From contig OX597840.1 in NCBI GenBank assembly GCA_951406725.2, forward strand, positions 16,306,001 through 16,370,000: a DNA stretch of 64,000 nucleotides, in the 5' to 3' direction. The notes under the pieces were generated by a model that did no database searches, had not been told where the DNA came from, and was given only the letters and a program-made list of their open reading frames with translations. The first letter of the stretch is position 1. Every line of letters starts with the position of its first letter. Source of the DNA: Octopus vulgaris (lineage: Eukaryota). This document shows positions 44,052 to 57,469 of the stretch, one piece after another. The position numbers and the translations under genes were made by a program.

Positions 44052-44603
44052 GTGTGTATCTGTTTTCTCTCTTTCATCTTCCTTCTCTTCTATCTGCTGC
44101 CTGTGACCCGTCACTGATTTTCTATTTTCTCTGCCTTTTCACCACCGGATGCTTAGTCTGCTGGTCAACTTTTCCTTCTCTCTTCCTAATTCTGTTTTTA
44201 TATATCCATTTGAAGATTTCTTCCAGGTATTAATCCACCTCCTTCGTGTTTGACCACAAGGCGCTATTTACTGCCTTCGTCTGTCGTTTCAAATTACATT
44301 TGTTTACTTTTGTACGTCCACTCCATACTTACGTACGTCCACCCCATACTTTCATGCATCTACCCTGTATTGTTTTGCTTGCTCAAGCCTTAATTCTATG
44401 CAAATCTTGTGTGTGCTGCTGATATATGAAGTTCCCAGTCTTATCGTTAAAAGCACGAAACTGGGTATTAATATTTATGATCAATAACTGAAGAAGGATT
44501 AGGGTCCCTGTGTCTGTCCTATGTGTACGTTTTGTAGTAGTTGATGCACTTTTCATTTATGGACTAATTGAATGCCATGCATCCCGACTTTTGTTAACAG
44601 TAA

Positions 44604-44640
<37 letters not shown>

Positions 44641-44665
44641 AATGAATATGGAAGACTTCTATAAA

Positions 44666-44749
44666 TGGCTGAAAATTGCTCAACATTTTAAAACTGATGT
44701 AATACTTACAATGTTTAATAAAATGAAGTAGCATGAAACGATCGTACCA
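44666..44749 (+). ncRNA. Hammerhead motif related to 34312-34396, with G8A change
   Basis: TGG-CTGAAAA-T-TGCT...AGCA-T-GAAA-CGATCG-TA-CCA, followed by the same aattaccg...ttgttgcttat tail. Confidence 0.65.
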
Positions 44750-45200
44750 AATTACCGAAGATATACTTGTTGCTTATTTTGAATATATATATATATATGT
44801 ATATATACACACACACATATATGCATATATATTATATAATGTCTGTCTATACACAGACACACACATATTCATCATTGTCATCATGAATATATTTGACCAA
44901 ATGGTTAAGCAGTTCCCTTTTCATGAAATCCCAGGTTCAGTCCCACTCTGTAGAATCTTCAGCAAAAAAAGGGTGCATTCAAACCGGTATGCTTTTGAAT
45001 CTCTTTAACAATTCACAATAATGACTTTTATCACTTTTATTCCTACCTCAGTTCATCTAATTGTATATATCTATCGTTACTTTTTCGATTTCCAATGTGC
45101 ATTTTCGCTTATTTTTCTTCTTACTTTCCCCTTACATTTCCACGTGTAGTTTCTATTTTCTTTTTGTAACATATTTCTATTATATATGTCTATATCTATG

Positions 45201-45232
<32 letters not shown>

Positions 45233-45725
45233 ATTGATGAAGGAAATGGAAGATGGATTTAGTACGAATTTTTATTCAGTACGACAATTGTTTTGACCCA
45301 TCCGACAGCTGTCCCTTAGGAGTACGATATTGTGCATCTAGTTGTGTTTTATCAATCAGTGTTTGGTGTCCCCTAAGGAACAGCTGCAGAAGGGGTCAAG
45401 ACAATCATCGTCATACTAAATCCACCTCCTGTTTCCCTCATCAATTATAAACTCAATAAACATTGTGGATTTCCTGATTTCGATCCAATGAAAATTATAT
45501 TGCAACTGCGGATGACAGCCCAAACCATGAATGCGCTTCGATTGGCATTAATAGACCCAAAATCCAAATAGTTATATATATAATGTCTATACCTCGTTCA
45601 GAGATTTATTATTGCTTGTTTACACTTTTTCGAGATCAGTGACGAAAAGTCACTGGAAAAGGATATATGTATTTGCATTGGGACCCCTTCACATCGAAGA
45701 CTGGTGATATATATATATATATATA

Positions 45726-48700
45726 TCATCATCATCATCGTTTAGCGTCCGTTTTCCATGCTAGCTTGGGTTGGACGGTTCGACCGGGGATCTGGGAAGC
45801 CAGAAGGCTGCACCAGGCTCCAGTCTTATCTGGCAATGTTTCTACAGCTGGATGCCCTTCCTAACGCCAACCATTCCGTGAGTGTAGTGGGTGCTTTTTA
45901 CATGCCACCTGCACAGGTGCCAGGCGAGGCTGGCAACGGCCACGGTCGGATTGGTGCATTTTACGTGCCACCGGCACGGAAGCCAGTCGAGGCGGCACTG
46001 GCTTTGGTCACGATTCGGATGGTGCTTTTTACGTGCCACCGGCACGGAGGGCGGCGCTGGCATCGGCCACGATTCAGATAGTGCTTTGTACGTACCACCA
46101 GTCTAGGGGTCCTGGCATCTGCCGGGTGCCAGTCATAGGATTGGTTCAATTTCGATTCCGATTCCGATTTCACTTACCCCAACAGGTCTTCGCAAGCAAA
46201 GGGGGGTTGGCATGAGTGCCTGTCGTCGGATGAGGTTCGATATCGACTTCACTTGCCTCAACAGGTCTTGTCCAAGGGAGGAAAGGCATGCGTAAGTGGG
46301 CTGGACTCACTTGTCCTGCCTGGTCTTCTCACGTACAGCATATTTCCAAAGGTCTCGGTTGCTGGTCATTTCCTCAGTGAGGCCTAAAGTTCGAAGGTCA
46401 TGCTTCACCACCTCGTCCCAGGTTTTCCTGGGTCTACCTCTTCCACGGGTTCCCTCAACTGCTAGGGATTGGCACTTTTTCACACACCTATCTTCATCCA
46501 TTCTCGCTACATGACCATACCAGCACAATCGTCTTTCTTGCACACCACAACTGATGCTCCTTAGGTACAACATTTCTCTCAAGGTGCTAACGCTCTGTCG
46601 AGTATGTACCCTGATATTACACATCCATCGGAGCATACTGGCTTCATTGCTTGTGAGCTTACGCATGTCCTCAGCAGTCACGGCCCATGTGTCACTGCCA
46701 TGTAGCATGGCTGTTCGTACACATGCATCATACAGTCTGCCTTTTACTCTGAGCGAGAGGCCTTTAGTCACCAGCAGAGGTAAGAGCTCCTAAACTTTGC
46801 CCAGGCTATTCTTACTCTAGCAGTTACACTTTCAACGCACCCACCCCCACTACTGACTTGGTCACCTAGATAACGGAAGCTATCAACTACTTCTAGTTTT
46901 TCCCCCTGGAAAGTGACGGAAGTTGTTTTCTGCAGATTTTCAGAGGTTAATGCTCCCGAGCATCTGTACCTTTTCTACAGATCGAGCAGGGCCATCTTCC
47001 TGAAGACATTTGTGGATTGTCTACCTTCCTACTTATTAGTACTTTGGTTTTAGCTAGGTTGACTCTAAGGCCCCCTCGATTCTAAACCCTCCTTCCACAC
47101 ATGGAACTTCTCCTCCAGTTCTGATAGTGACTCAGCAATTAGAGCAAGGTCGTCAGCATAGAGGAGCTCCCAGGGGCAACCTGTCTTGAATTCCTCCGTA
47201 ATTGCCTGGAGGACTATGATAAATAGGAGGGGGCTGAGTACTGAACCCTGGTGGACCCCAACCTCTACTTTGAATTCTTCTGTGTACATGTTGCCAACCC
47301 TAACTTTACTTACGGCATCCCTGTACATGGCTTGCACAGCCCTCACCAGCCATTCATCTATCCCTAGTTTCCTCATTGACCACCAGATAAGGGATCGGGG
47401 GACCCTGTCAAAGGCTTTCTCCATGTCAACGAAAGCCAGGTACAGGGGCTTATCTTTGGCTAGGTATTTCTCCTGCAGCTGCCTTACCAGGAATATAGCA
47501 TCAGTGGTACTTTTCCCTGGCACGAACCCAAACTGCATCTCATCTAAACTAACTCTCTCTCTAATTAGTTGGGCTATGACCCTCTCCGTAACCTTCATTA
47601 CCTGATCCAACAGCTTGATACCTCTGTAATTATTTGTATCTAGGGCGTCACCTTTACCTTTGTAGCAGTTGACTAGTATGCTGCTACACCAGTCATTGGG
47701 TATGATTCCTTCGTGTATCACCTGGTTAACTATACGGGTGACTAGGTTATAGCCGACACTGCCAGATATTTTGAGCATCTCTGCAGTAATTCCTGATGGG
47801 CCTGGGGCTTTCCCTGTCTTCATGCTTCTAATTGCTTTAACTATGAAAGAATTGTCAACTCGGATGGCTGGTCCCTCTGTTGGGTCAACATTCGGCAGAC
47901 TCTCTTTATCCCATTCATTTTCTTTATTCAGCAACCTTTCATAGTGGCATCTCCAAACCTCTCTCTTTGCATCCTCATTTAGCGCAAGTGAACCATCATC
48001 CATGCGGACACATTTCTCTCCTACCACATCACGATTCTCTCTCACACACTGTCTTGCAACACGAAATACCTCAAGTCTTTCATCCTCATGGCTCAGAACA
48101 TTGGCAAATTTTTTCTTATCCGCTTCCCCTCTGGCTAAATAAACCTGTCTCCTAGCTTCCATTCTGGCTGTCTGATACAATTCCCTGCTACCACCGTTCT
48201 TCCAGTCCTTCCAAGTCTGTCTCTTTTGTCTAATAGCCCTGTCAACCACAGTGTTCCACCACCACGTTACTCTGGGTCGAGATGGTACTTTGCTCCATTC
48301 ACAGATCTGGTCGGTGGCTGTCAGCAGATTGTCCCGTAGAAATCTCCAGTTGTCTTCCACATTAAGTGAAGCTATATCCCCTTCTATTTCGTCAAAGGCT
48401 TCGAGTAGTATGTCTCTAAATCTCTGTCCATTTGCAGGATCTTTAAGCTTCCAGACCCTTCTCCTCCAAGCTGGTCTTCTTCTGGGCAACCATTTAGCCC
48501 TGATCCTGAAGTTGCTAACTACTAATCTATGTTGAGGAGTACATTCTTCGCCCGAGAAGGTTTTGGCATTTATAAGCAGCCCTCTTTCCCTTTTTCTGGC
48601 AAGGATGTAGTCAATCTGGCTAGTGTGTCTGCCAGAACAGTCGGTGACTAGGTGAGAGGTGGGTTTCCTGAAGTTGGTATTGCAAACCATTAGGTCATTT

Positions 48701-48990
48701 GCATCGCAGAACTCCAGCAGCCTGGTTCCCTCCTCATTACGAGAGCCAAAACCGTAGCCTCCATAAACGCCATGGAAGCCCCCGACATGCCGTCCAACAT
48801 GTCCATTGAAATCACCTGCCACAAAGAGAAGGTCACTGTCATTTGTCAACGAGGTGGTCCGCAGTAGGGTGTCGTAGAATTGGTCTTTCTGTGCTTCCGG
48901 TAGCCCTGGTTGAGGGGCATATGCCGAGATGATGGTAGCTGACCTATGGTGAAGCACTAATCTAATTTTAAGTACTCTGTCACTTACTAC
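45726..48990 (-). mobile_element. RTE-clade LINE, 5'-truncated, with long open EN-RT frame
   Basis: AGDFNGHVG, SQIDYIL, QFGFVPG, DMEKAFD, GVHQGSVLSP, LLYADDL; 3' UTR and (GAT)n tail at 45726. Confidence 0.93.
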
Positions 48991-49988
48991 GTACAAAAAT
49001 AGTTGAGGGTTCCAGTTGATCTGATCATTCGGAGTAGCCTGTTTGTGGAATTTACGTGCAGGTGGTTGAGTATTCCACGGACACATATTACCCTTAACTT
49101 AGTTTTCAGGGAGATTCAGCATGACACACTAAGTGTGACAAGGCTGGCCCTTTGAAATATAGATACAACTCATTTTTGCCAGCTGAGTGGACTGGAGCAA
49201 CAGGAAATAAAGTGTCTTGCTCAAGAACACACCACCAGGAATTGAAATCACAACCTTATGATCAGGAGCTGAATACACGAACCCCTTAGCCATGTGTCTC
49301 TAACAGGATATTCTTAAAGAAATTAAAACTTTGTTGTACCAAAACAAAAGAAAAAAAATGTTTGCTATTACTGCAATGAGGTGTGTGTTGAGAGAGATTT
49401 GGTTTTTATTTCTAGCAAGCTGAACAACCATGTAGAAGCTTTCTCATCAACTCATTTTGTTATTTATTACAAACCCAAACTAAATGATCTTGTTGTTGTT
49501 GTTTAAACCCAGGTCAACAACCTCCTTTCTATTTTTAGCATGAGAAGCTATTTATATTTTTATTTCATGTGTTCTTCCTTCGTTGTTTTGAGGGAGAAAT
49601 ACAACTGCTATTTTTAAGTAAGGTTGGGTCTTAGTCATAGCAGGTCTAGATCTCATGAAGATCCCTGATTGGGTTTGTCAAGGCAAAAGGTTTTTTGCAT
49701 ATCATTTCTTCAGAGCTGACACACACACACACACATATAGGAACATTTTATAAACAAACTTTATTGGTATTTTATAGACAAAACTGTAAATTTCACCACA
49801 TGAGGGCAACTTTTTTCTCTATTCTAAGTGTAAATACCTAATCTCTCTTTGCTGTCTTCGCAGGTCTACTGTGTTCAAAATTACTTTCTTGTCTGTAAAA
49901 CACACACACACACACTAGAATATAACCATCCAACTCATGCCAGCATAGAAAACTGATGTTAAATGATGATGATGATATATGCTTTATT

Positions 49989-50032
<44 letters not shown>

Positions 50033-50583
50033 TGTCTGTCTGTCTGTGTGTGCATCATCATCATCATCGTTTAAGGTCCATCTTCCATGTATACATATAT
50101 CTATACACACACACACACACACATACACATATACACACTTCCATGCAGACATACACACACACAAACACACATACATACACACACACACACATATGCATAC
50201 ATACGTACACACGCATATAAATCTGGGCCTTATTTTAATTACCATCTCCTGTTATGTCACATGACTGCAATAATCTATGGTCTGCCTATATTAATGTCAC
50301 TGTGTCATGTGACTACAATAAAGACTATACTTGGGTCATATGGCTTTTATGATATTTAGGAAGTTTCAGGCGATATTAAATACAAGAGAAATAGGTTCAT
50401 GCCTACTGGCTACAATTACTTTCCTCTTTTGCATGTTTATTATATTCATAAGTATTCATAGCATGAGTGAGTATGTATATATAATTTGTCTACAAGTGTG
50501 TAAGTTTGTATAGACATTCATACACACATTATATATTAATGCATATGCATTTTTGTGTGGGAGTGTGTGCGTCCCCCTATATG

Positions 50584-50615
<32 letters not shown>

Positions 50616-50861
50616 TACACAAACATGCCAGAGTATACTCGTGTTTTTTTACGTGTATGTTGATTGTATTTGGTCTGTACTTGTAGATATATGTGTAACT
50701 GGAAGGACAAGTCTGTATGTACTCAAGTAAATACATGTGTGTCCTTACACGCTGTTGATAGATGGATATGCTGTTCTTGACTCTACTTTTGGGTCATTTT
50801 ATTAAAATACCTTGATTCTAGTTGATCCTGCAGATACTTATATATGTATATATATATATAA

Positions 50862-51610
50862 GGAATTCAAAACTGGATGTCTGTGATAACTACTGTACAC
50901 TGATGACCCTACTCTTATTGCAGAATCTGTAGCAGAATTGGAGAAGAAATTCCAGGTATGGAAGCAAAACCCAGAATCAAAGGGCCTTAAAGTTAACCTA
51001 GCTAAGACCAAAGTTGTTGTTAGTAAGAAAGCAGATAAGACTCTCTTTCCATCAGGTAAATGGTCCTGCTCAATATGTAGGAATGGAGTGAGAAGTAATT
51101 CCATTTGCTGCACCCATGTAAGAGATACAATGGAATTACAGATAGAATAACAGATAAAGTCACCTCCATGTGTGGCAGATGTGCAGGAACAACAGCACTA
51201 AGAGTACATGGGATTTAGACTCTCTCAAATGTCTAGGAGGCTCCCTTGAGGTAATAGATGGTTTCTGTTGCCTAGGTGATCAAATTAGCAATGGTGAAAG
51301 ATGTTCTGAAAGTATTGTTTCTAAAACAAGAATAGGATGGAGGAAGTTCAGAGAGCTATTACCTCTGTTGACAACAAAAGGGTAAACTGTATGATGCTTG
51401 TGTACGAACAACTATACTCCATGGTTGAGAGACATGGGCTATGAATGCAAAAGACATGCGTAGACTAGAGAAGAATGAAGGCAGTATGATCTGCTGGATG
51501 TGCAACATCAGTGTACATGAACGACAAAGTGTGAATGTATTGAGAGAAAAGTTGAGCATAAGAGGACTCAAATGCAGCATGCAAGAAGAAGGATGATGAT
51601 GATGATGATT
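50862..51610 (+). mobile_element. Old RTE LINE 3' fragment
   Basis: LLYTDD..LEKKFQVWKQ..SKGLKVNLAKTK..WSCSICRNGV; ends in (GAT)n. Confidence 0.85.
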
Positions 51611-52192
51611 AAACTAGTACTTAGTATTTTTTCATAGATTACATGTTTATTAAATTTTTACAAGAAGAAGGGTCGACAGTGGCTTTGAAGTTTCAGCCTC
51701 CTTGATTTCATGTGTGAGTATATTCGAACACATATATGCAATGCCAGATTTATGTATGGGCTATGACCCAGGAAGGTCAAGTTTGGCTGGGGGAACTCTT
51801 TAACTCAGAGCAACCTGAAGCTTGAAGTTAAAAATTAGAAAATTGTATTTTATAGCAATAAAATAAATAATTTGTAATTATTTTTATCTGTTAAAATTAT
51901 TGAGTCTTTTCTTAATTTGCAGGGTTCTTTTAGGTTTAAAAAGCCATTAAATTTAACTGAATTCTGGTGAATGTATCAAGTTCTTTTTAAGTTTTAGGGC
52001 TTCTTCAGCCTATTTGGGGCTCCTAGATTTAATTGGGCTCTCTTTATTTTCTTTTGAATTAGTGAAATGGTAGGGGTCCCACTTGGTCTGAATCCAGCCC
52101 TGTATGTATGTGTGTATTTATTTATTTGTTTATTTGTTTGTATAATTATTTATTTATTTGTTTATATATATATTTATATTTTTATTTATCAG

Positions 52193-52287
52193 ATGTTGAA
52201 TTCTTCTCAGAATTGATGAAAAGTAACGAAAACCTACTGAAATGTTTCATATTCACGAAACTCAATTGGGAGAAGGAGCACGTTTAA
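52193..52287 (+). CDS. CMTR2: CMTR2 terminal coding exon
   Basis: tttatcag|AT GTT GAA...GTT TAA; phase 1 fits exon I; (D)VEFFSELMKSNENLLKCFIFTKLNWEKEHV*. Confidence 0.75.
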
Positions 52288-53394
52288 CAACACAACTGTC
52301 CTGGTCTTTTTGTTTTTAGCAACACAACTGCCCTGACCTGCCTTTCATGTCTTCATGATTTTCTTTCCATTTTATTTTTTTTTTCATATTTGTTTTATGT
52401 TTTTTCATTCCACTCTCATCTTGAAGTCATGACTGCCAGCAGTGAACAAGCCCCAGAGATTGGAAGAAAAGTTTATGACAAAGAGATAGACAAGATTCTA
52501 AGCAACCAAGATATAATGGAATCAAGCCAACAAAGGAGTGTGAGTGTGTGTGTATACTGACATCCAAAGGGAACAGTAATCCTTTTTTGGTGTGATTGGA
52601 AGCACTCACTCCAGAAACAGTCTGTAAATGTCATCTCCTCCAAGAGAAGTCTGTGTATCACCCTTCCCCAGAGATAGTCATTATGTGTGAATCTCTGTGT
52701 GTGTGTGTGTGTGTGTGCATGTTAATATTCTGTAAGGAATGTGTGTTGTGTAACCTTTTCTCAAAGACTCTGTATATGTGTGTTTGTAAGAGACACTCTT
52801 TCTTCAAGGATTCAAAGACAGTTTCCAAGTGGCATCCCCCCACCCTGTGGACAGTTTTGTGAGCTTCCAGTTATGGGAAGTGATGTGGCATGTAAATCAT
52901 GGGTCATGAGTCATTTCACATTTGTCACAATGGTCTGTAAGGGACAGTTCTACTCTTCCCTCTCATACCTATACTAACTGCTGTGATTTTCTTCATTCTT
53001 CTTCCTTTGTCCCCTAATTTGTCCTTTAAGACATTACTATATTTTTTGTTCTCCTCTTTGCCCCCCCACCCCAATTCCATTATATGTTCATTCTATTTTC
53101 TACAACATCCAGCTCTAACTTCAGTTTCACCACTCAAGGTTTTGAAGTGACTTTTATTCATCAAACTCATTTAGGATATTTTCAAGAATTTATATATAAA
53201 AAAAAAAAAATGACAGTTATGTGCAATATTCATTCTTAAAATGGTGCTCAAACGGCTGTGTGGTTAAGAAGCTTTCTTTGCAGTCTCATTGTATGGTACC
53301 TTGGGCAAGTATTTTCCTTTAAAGCCCTAGGCTGACCAAAGCCTTGTGAGTGAATTTGACAGATGGAAACTCTGAAATTCACATGTACATACAT

Positions 53395-53455
<61 letters not shown>

Positions 53456-55349
53456 TGTGTTTGTCTTCTGATAACTGGGGTTGGTTTGATTATATCCCTG
53501 TAACATAGTACTTTGGCACCAATAAGATAAATACTAGACTGAAAGAAAATAAGTACTGGGGACAATTTGTTTCAATAAACCTTTCAAGGCAGTGCCCCAG
53601 CATGGTCACAGTCCAATGACTGAAACAAGTAAAAAATAGAAGATGCTCCAGCAGATTTGAACATAAATATGTTAATCAGTTTTGTATTTTACCTTTGGAA
53701 TAGATAGCTTTGACTGAAGAGATATAATGATGTTGAAACACCTGTGTCTGAAAATCTCCTAATGTTAATGAATTGTGTTGTCAACACACAATGTCTGAAG
53801 GGAGAAGTTGTTTGCCAAAGGCAAAATACAACAGAGATTAACATATTAGCATTCCTTCTACCAACTCATGCCTCATTGGTTGTCCATCACTCCCTACCCC
53901 CACCCTTCAGCCCTACCTCGTCTTTACTGTTGTTGCTTACCTTCCAATTTTGCCATCTTTTATTCCTCCATATACACTTGTAAGCCCCTGCCCATCCATA
54001 CGCCTAGCTGCTGTTCACTTCTAGTCACCTTGTACCTTGAGGGGCCACCTGGACTAACAACTCCTACTGATCATTCTCACCCTCTTTTCTAATTGTGAGT
54101 AACCATGTAGAGCCTACTTGCCCCTCCACCCCTTCCTTTCTTTCATACTTTAACCCTTCATTTCCTTGCATAAAACCCACCCTCACCACACTGGGTTTTG
54201 TTGTGTTGCAAGCTGCATGGTTACCTCGTTAGTGTTGGTGGCATGAAAAATGCATCCATTCTGTGCTGTAAAGTGGTTGGCATTAGGAAGGGCATCCAGC
54301 TGTTGAAACCATACCAAAGTAGACTCTGGAGCATGATGCAGTGCCTGGACCCTTCAAATCCTGTCAAACTGTTGACATGATGACAATGATGATGATGATG
54401 AAATTCGTCAGAATGTGTTCAGTTAAAAATAAATCTACCCCTCATTGTATTGATATTCTCAGTTTTGTGAGCTGATAATAATGGACCCCCCCCCAAAAAA
54501 AAAAACAAGGTGCATTTATAGAAAGAAGAGAAAAGAATTTCAGTTAAAAAAAGCAAACAATTGGCTGTGAGGTTACTGACGATGGATTGTTGCTGCTGAC
54601 TGCATGGTTACGAGTTCAAACCTTGAGAACACTGAAGTAGCAGAGTTGTTGGAGCAAGGAACTAAATACTTTGTGGCATTTATTCTGACTTTTGCATTTT
54701 GAGTTCTAATCTCACCAAAATCAACTTTGCCTTCCAGCTTTCTGGGGTCGGTGAAGGAAATGCCACTCTAGGATGGTGGATTGACAGAATCATTAGAGCA
54801 ACAAACATGTCGTGTGATATATTCCTTCCTGCTCTTTGCATTCTGATTTCAAATCCAGCTGAGGTCAATTTTGACTTTCGTCCTTTCAGTGTCAACAAAT
54901 AAAGTGCCAGTGTAGCAGAATCAGTAGAGCATTGGATGGTGGCACTTTATTTCACGTTGCTCCAGTTCACTCAACTGTAGAAATGAGTTGCGACGTCACA
55001 GGTGCCAAGCTGTATCGGCCTTTGTCTTTCCCTTGGATAACACTGGTGGCGTGGAGAGGCCAGTATGCATGGGCGACTGCTGGTCTTCCATAAACAACCT
55101 TGCCCGGACTTGTGTCTAGGAGGGTAACTTTCTAGGTGCAATCCCATGGTCATTCATGACCGAAGGGGGTCTTTATACCTCCAAGAAAGTTAGGGGTTGT
55201 GAATCCAGCCCACTAAGGGATAATATCTATCCAATATACTGCTAGTAGAATACCCAATTATTAATATACAAGTGTTTTTTATTGCATTGCAATTAACTTA
55301 CCTAGTGTATTAAATGGGTGAAGGTAAAGAGATATTTTACCATTAATTT

Positions 55350-55724
55350 ATATAGCAAATAAGAAAATGGAGGAGAACAATAGGTGGTTCATCAAATTTA
55401 GGACATTAAAATGTTAACTTATTTATTAATTAAACTGATAATTATAACATAGATACATATAGCATATTATTCTTTGCATATAAGATATAGTAATATATAA
55501 GGATACCAGTAATTATTATAAAAACATTAATATAAATTATTTTACCAATTTATATTCATGTTTTTATAGTAATGTATCCCTATATATTACTATATCTTAT
55601 ATGCAAAGAATAATATGCTATATGTATCTATGTTATAATTATCAGTTTAATTAATAAATAAGTTAACATTTTAATGTCCAAAAGTTGATGAACCACCTAT
55701 TGTTCTCCTCCATTTTCTTATTTG

Positions 55725-55730
<6 letters not shown>
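55350..55730. repeat. ~380-bp near-perfect fold-back of a TA-targeting element tail
   Basis: tatagcaaataagaaaatggaggagaacaataggtggttcatc ... gatgaaccacctattgttctcctccattttcttatttgctata; same family as 43760-44003. Confidence 0.85.
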
Positions 55731-55786
<56 letters not shown>

Positions 55787-57469
55787 TCCTGCACTTTACA
55801 TTTCTGTATTCTGAGTTCAAATCCCACCATGGCTTATTTTGGCTGGGAAATTTAATATGTAGCCCATTTTAATACCACTTGGCCACTAAGTGTCTTTACT
55901 AGGGTCCATTCTAATGTTACTGAGTTTAATACCATCATCTGGTCCTTTGGTAGCTTTAGTCGCAAGCATTTGGATTAAGTCTCCAATTTGAGGATACCTT
56001 CTCTTTGCCCCCTCTCAGAGGCCCTGTAAAGGGTTACAGGGTCTGTCTCTTCTCAAGACTAAGTGACACAACCCCTCCAACCCCCATCACCTCTGGATTC
56101 CTTAGCTTATTTAGGCTGTTGTTCCAGTTTCATAACTGATTTTGTCTCGAGGCAAGAGTTTGTGATGCTAACTTGGCCCACTATAAAACTTGTGCCCTCA
56201 ATACTTAATGGCATTGTAAAAGTGCTTTTGTGACATAGGAATGTCTTGGGCATTTCCACCTGGTTGAGTTCATCCTTCTTCAGGTTTAAACATGACTAAT
56301 TTCTTCTAGAGAAAGGAAATGAGAAAGAAGTGACCTTCAGTATTTAATTTATGGGGCATGAAAGGATGAAAAGTACAGATGACATCAGCAGGATTTGAAC
56401 TCTGAGCACAGAGAACTGGAACGAATATCACAAAGCATTTCATCTAATGCTCAAAGGACTCTGTCAGTCTGATGACTAATGATGTGGACACATGTTTAAA
56501 CTTTAATCCTGCAGGTGGTGAGGGTGGGTGTCAGTTCTGCTGACCACTGTATCAACTGTGACTGATATTTCTGCTGTTTAAGAAATTATTGAATGAAAAT
56601 TGAAACAATAAAATGAATTTGTTAAATTAAAACACAAAAAGCAAATACATGTGAAATAAATGTAAAATAAAAGCACACATAAAATATCTGTTGTTGTTTA
56701 ACCCCAGGTCACTTTTGATCAAGTAGACCCAGAATCAAAGATGTCCTAATTTGAATCATTCCACCCGTTTTTTTTTTGTTTTTTTTTCCTGGTAGCAAAA
56801 GGTCATGAGGTTAATAAGCTTGTTTTCCAACCATGTGGTCTTGAAGTTTATTCCACTGCATGACACCATGGGTAAGTATCTTCTACTATAGCCCTAGGCC
56901 AACTAAAGCCTTGTGGGTGGATTTGGAAGATGGAAACTGAAAGAAGTCTGTCATATAGATGTGTGTGTGTGTCGTGTACTGTGGTTTTGATATCAGGTGA
57001 AGGTTATATGCAAGCATATCATCATACAAGCAAAGTTGTTTGTTAAGTTTTCCCTGAAATACATGTCTAACCATGGAGAAATATTGCCTTGATTGGAAAC
57101 AAGTGAGGATTGGCAACAAGAAGGGCATCCAGCTGTTGAAAATATGCCTTAACAAATTCCATCTGCAAATCATCAGTTTATATATACATAGAGATATGGC
57201 TGTGTGGAAAGAAGCTTGCTTTCCAATCACATGGTTCTGAGTTCAGCCCCACTGCGTGGCACCTTGGGCAAGTGTCTCTGCTATAGCCTCGGGCTGACCA
57301 AAGCCTTGTGAGTTGATTTGGTAGATAGGTCATTCAGCTGTAAAAACACCGTCAAAATGGACACAGTAGCTTGGGGTAGTCTTCTACCTGGCCAGCTTCT
57401 GTCAACCATCCTACCCATGCATTCATGGAAGGCGGACATTAAATGATGATGGTGATTATATATATAATA

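Noticed and set aside
45630-45670. Hairpin CAGTGAC/GTCACTG followed by GAAA as a hammerhead
   Set aside because: No CUGANGA and no helix I/III pairing found
52288-53700. CMTR2 polyadenylation site
   Set aside because: No unambiguous signal can be assigned without transcript data
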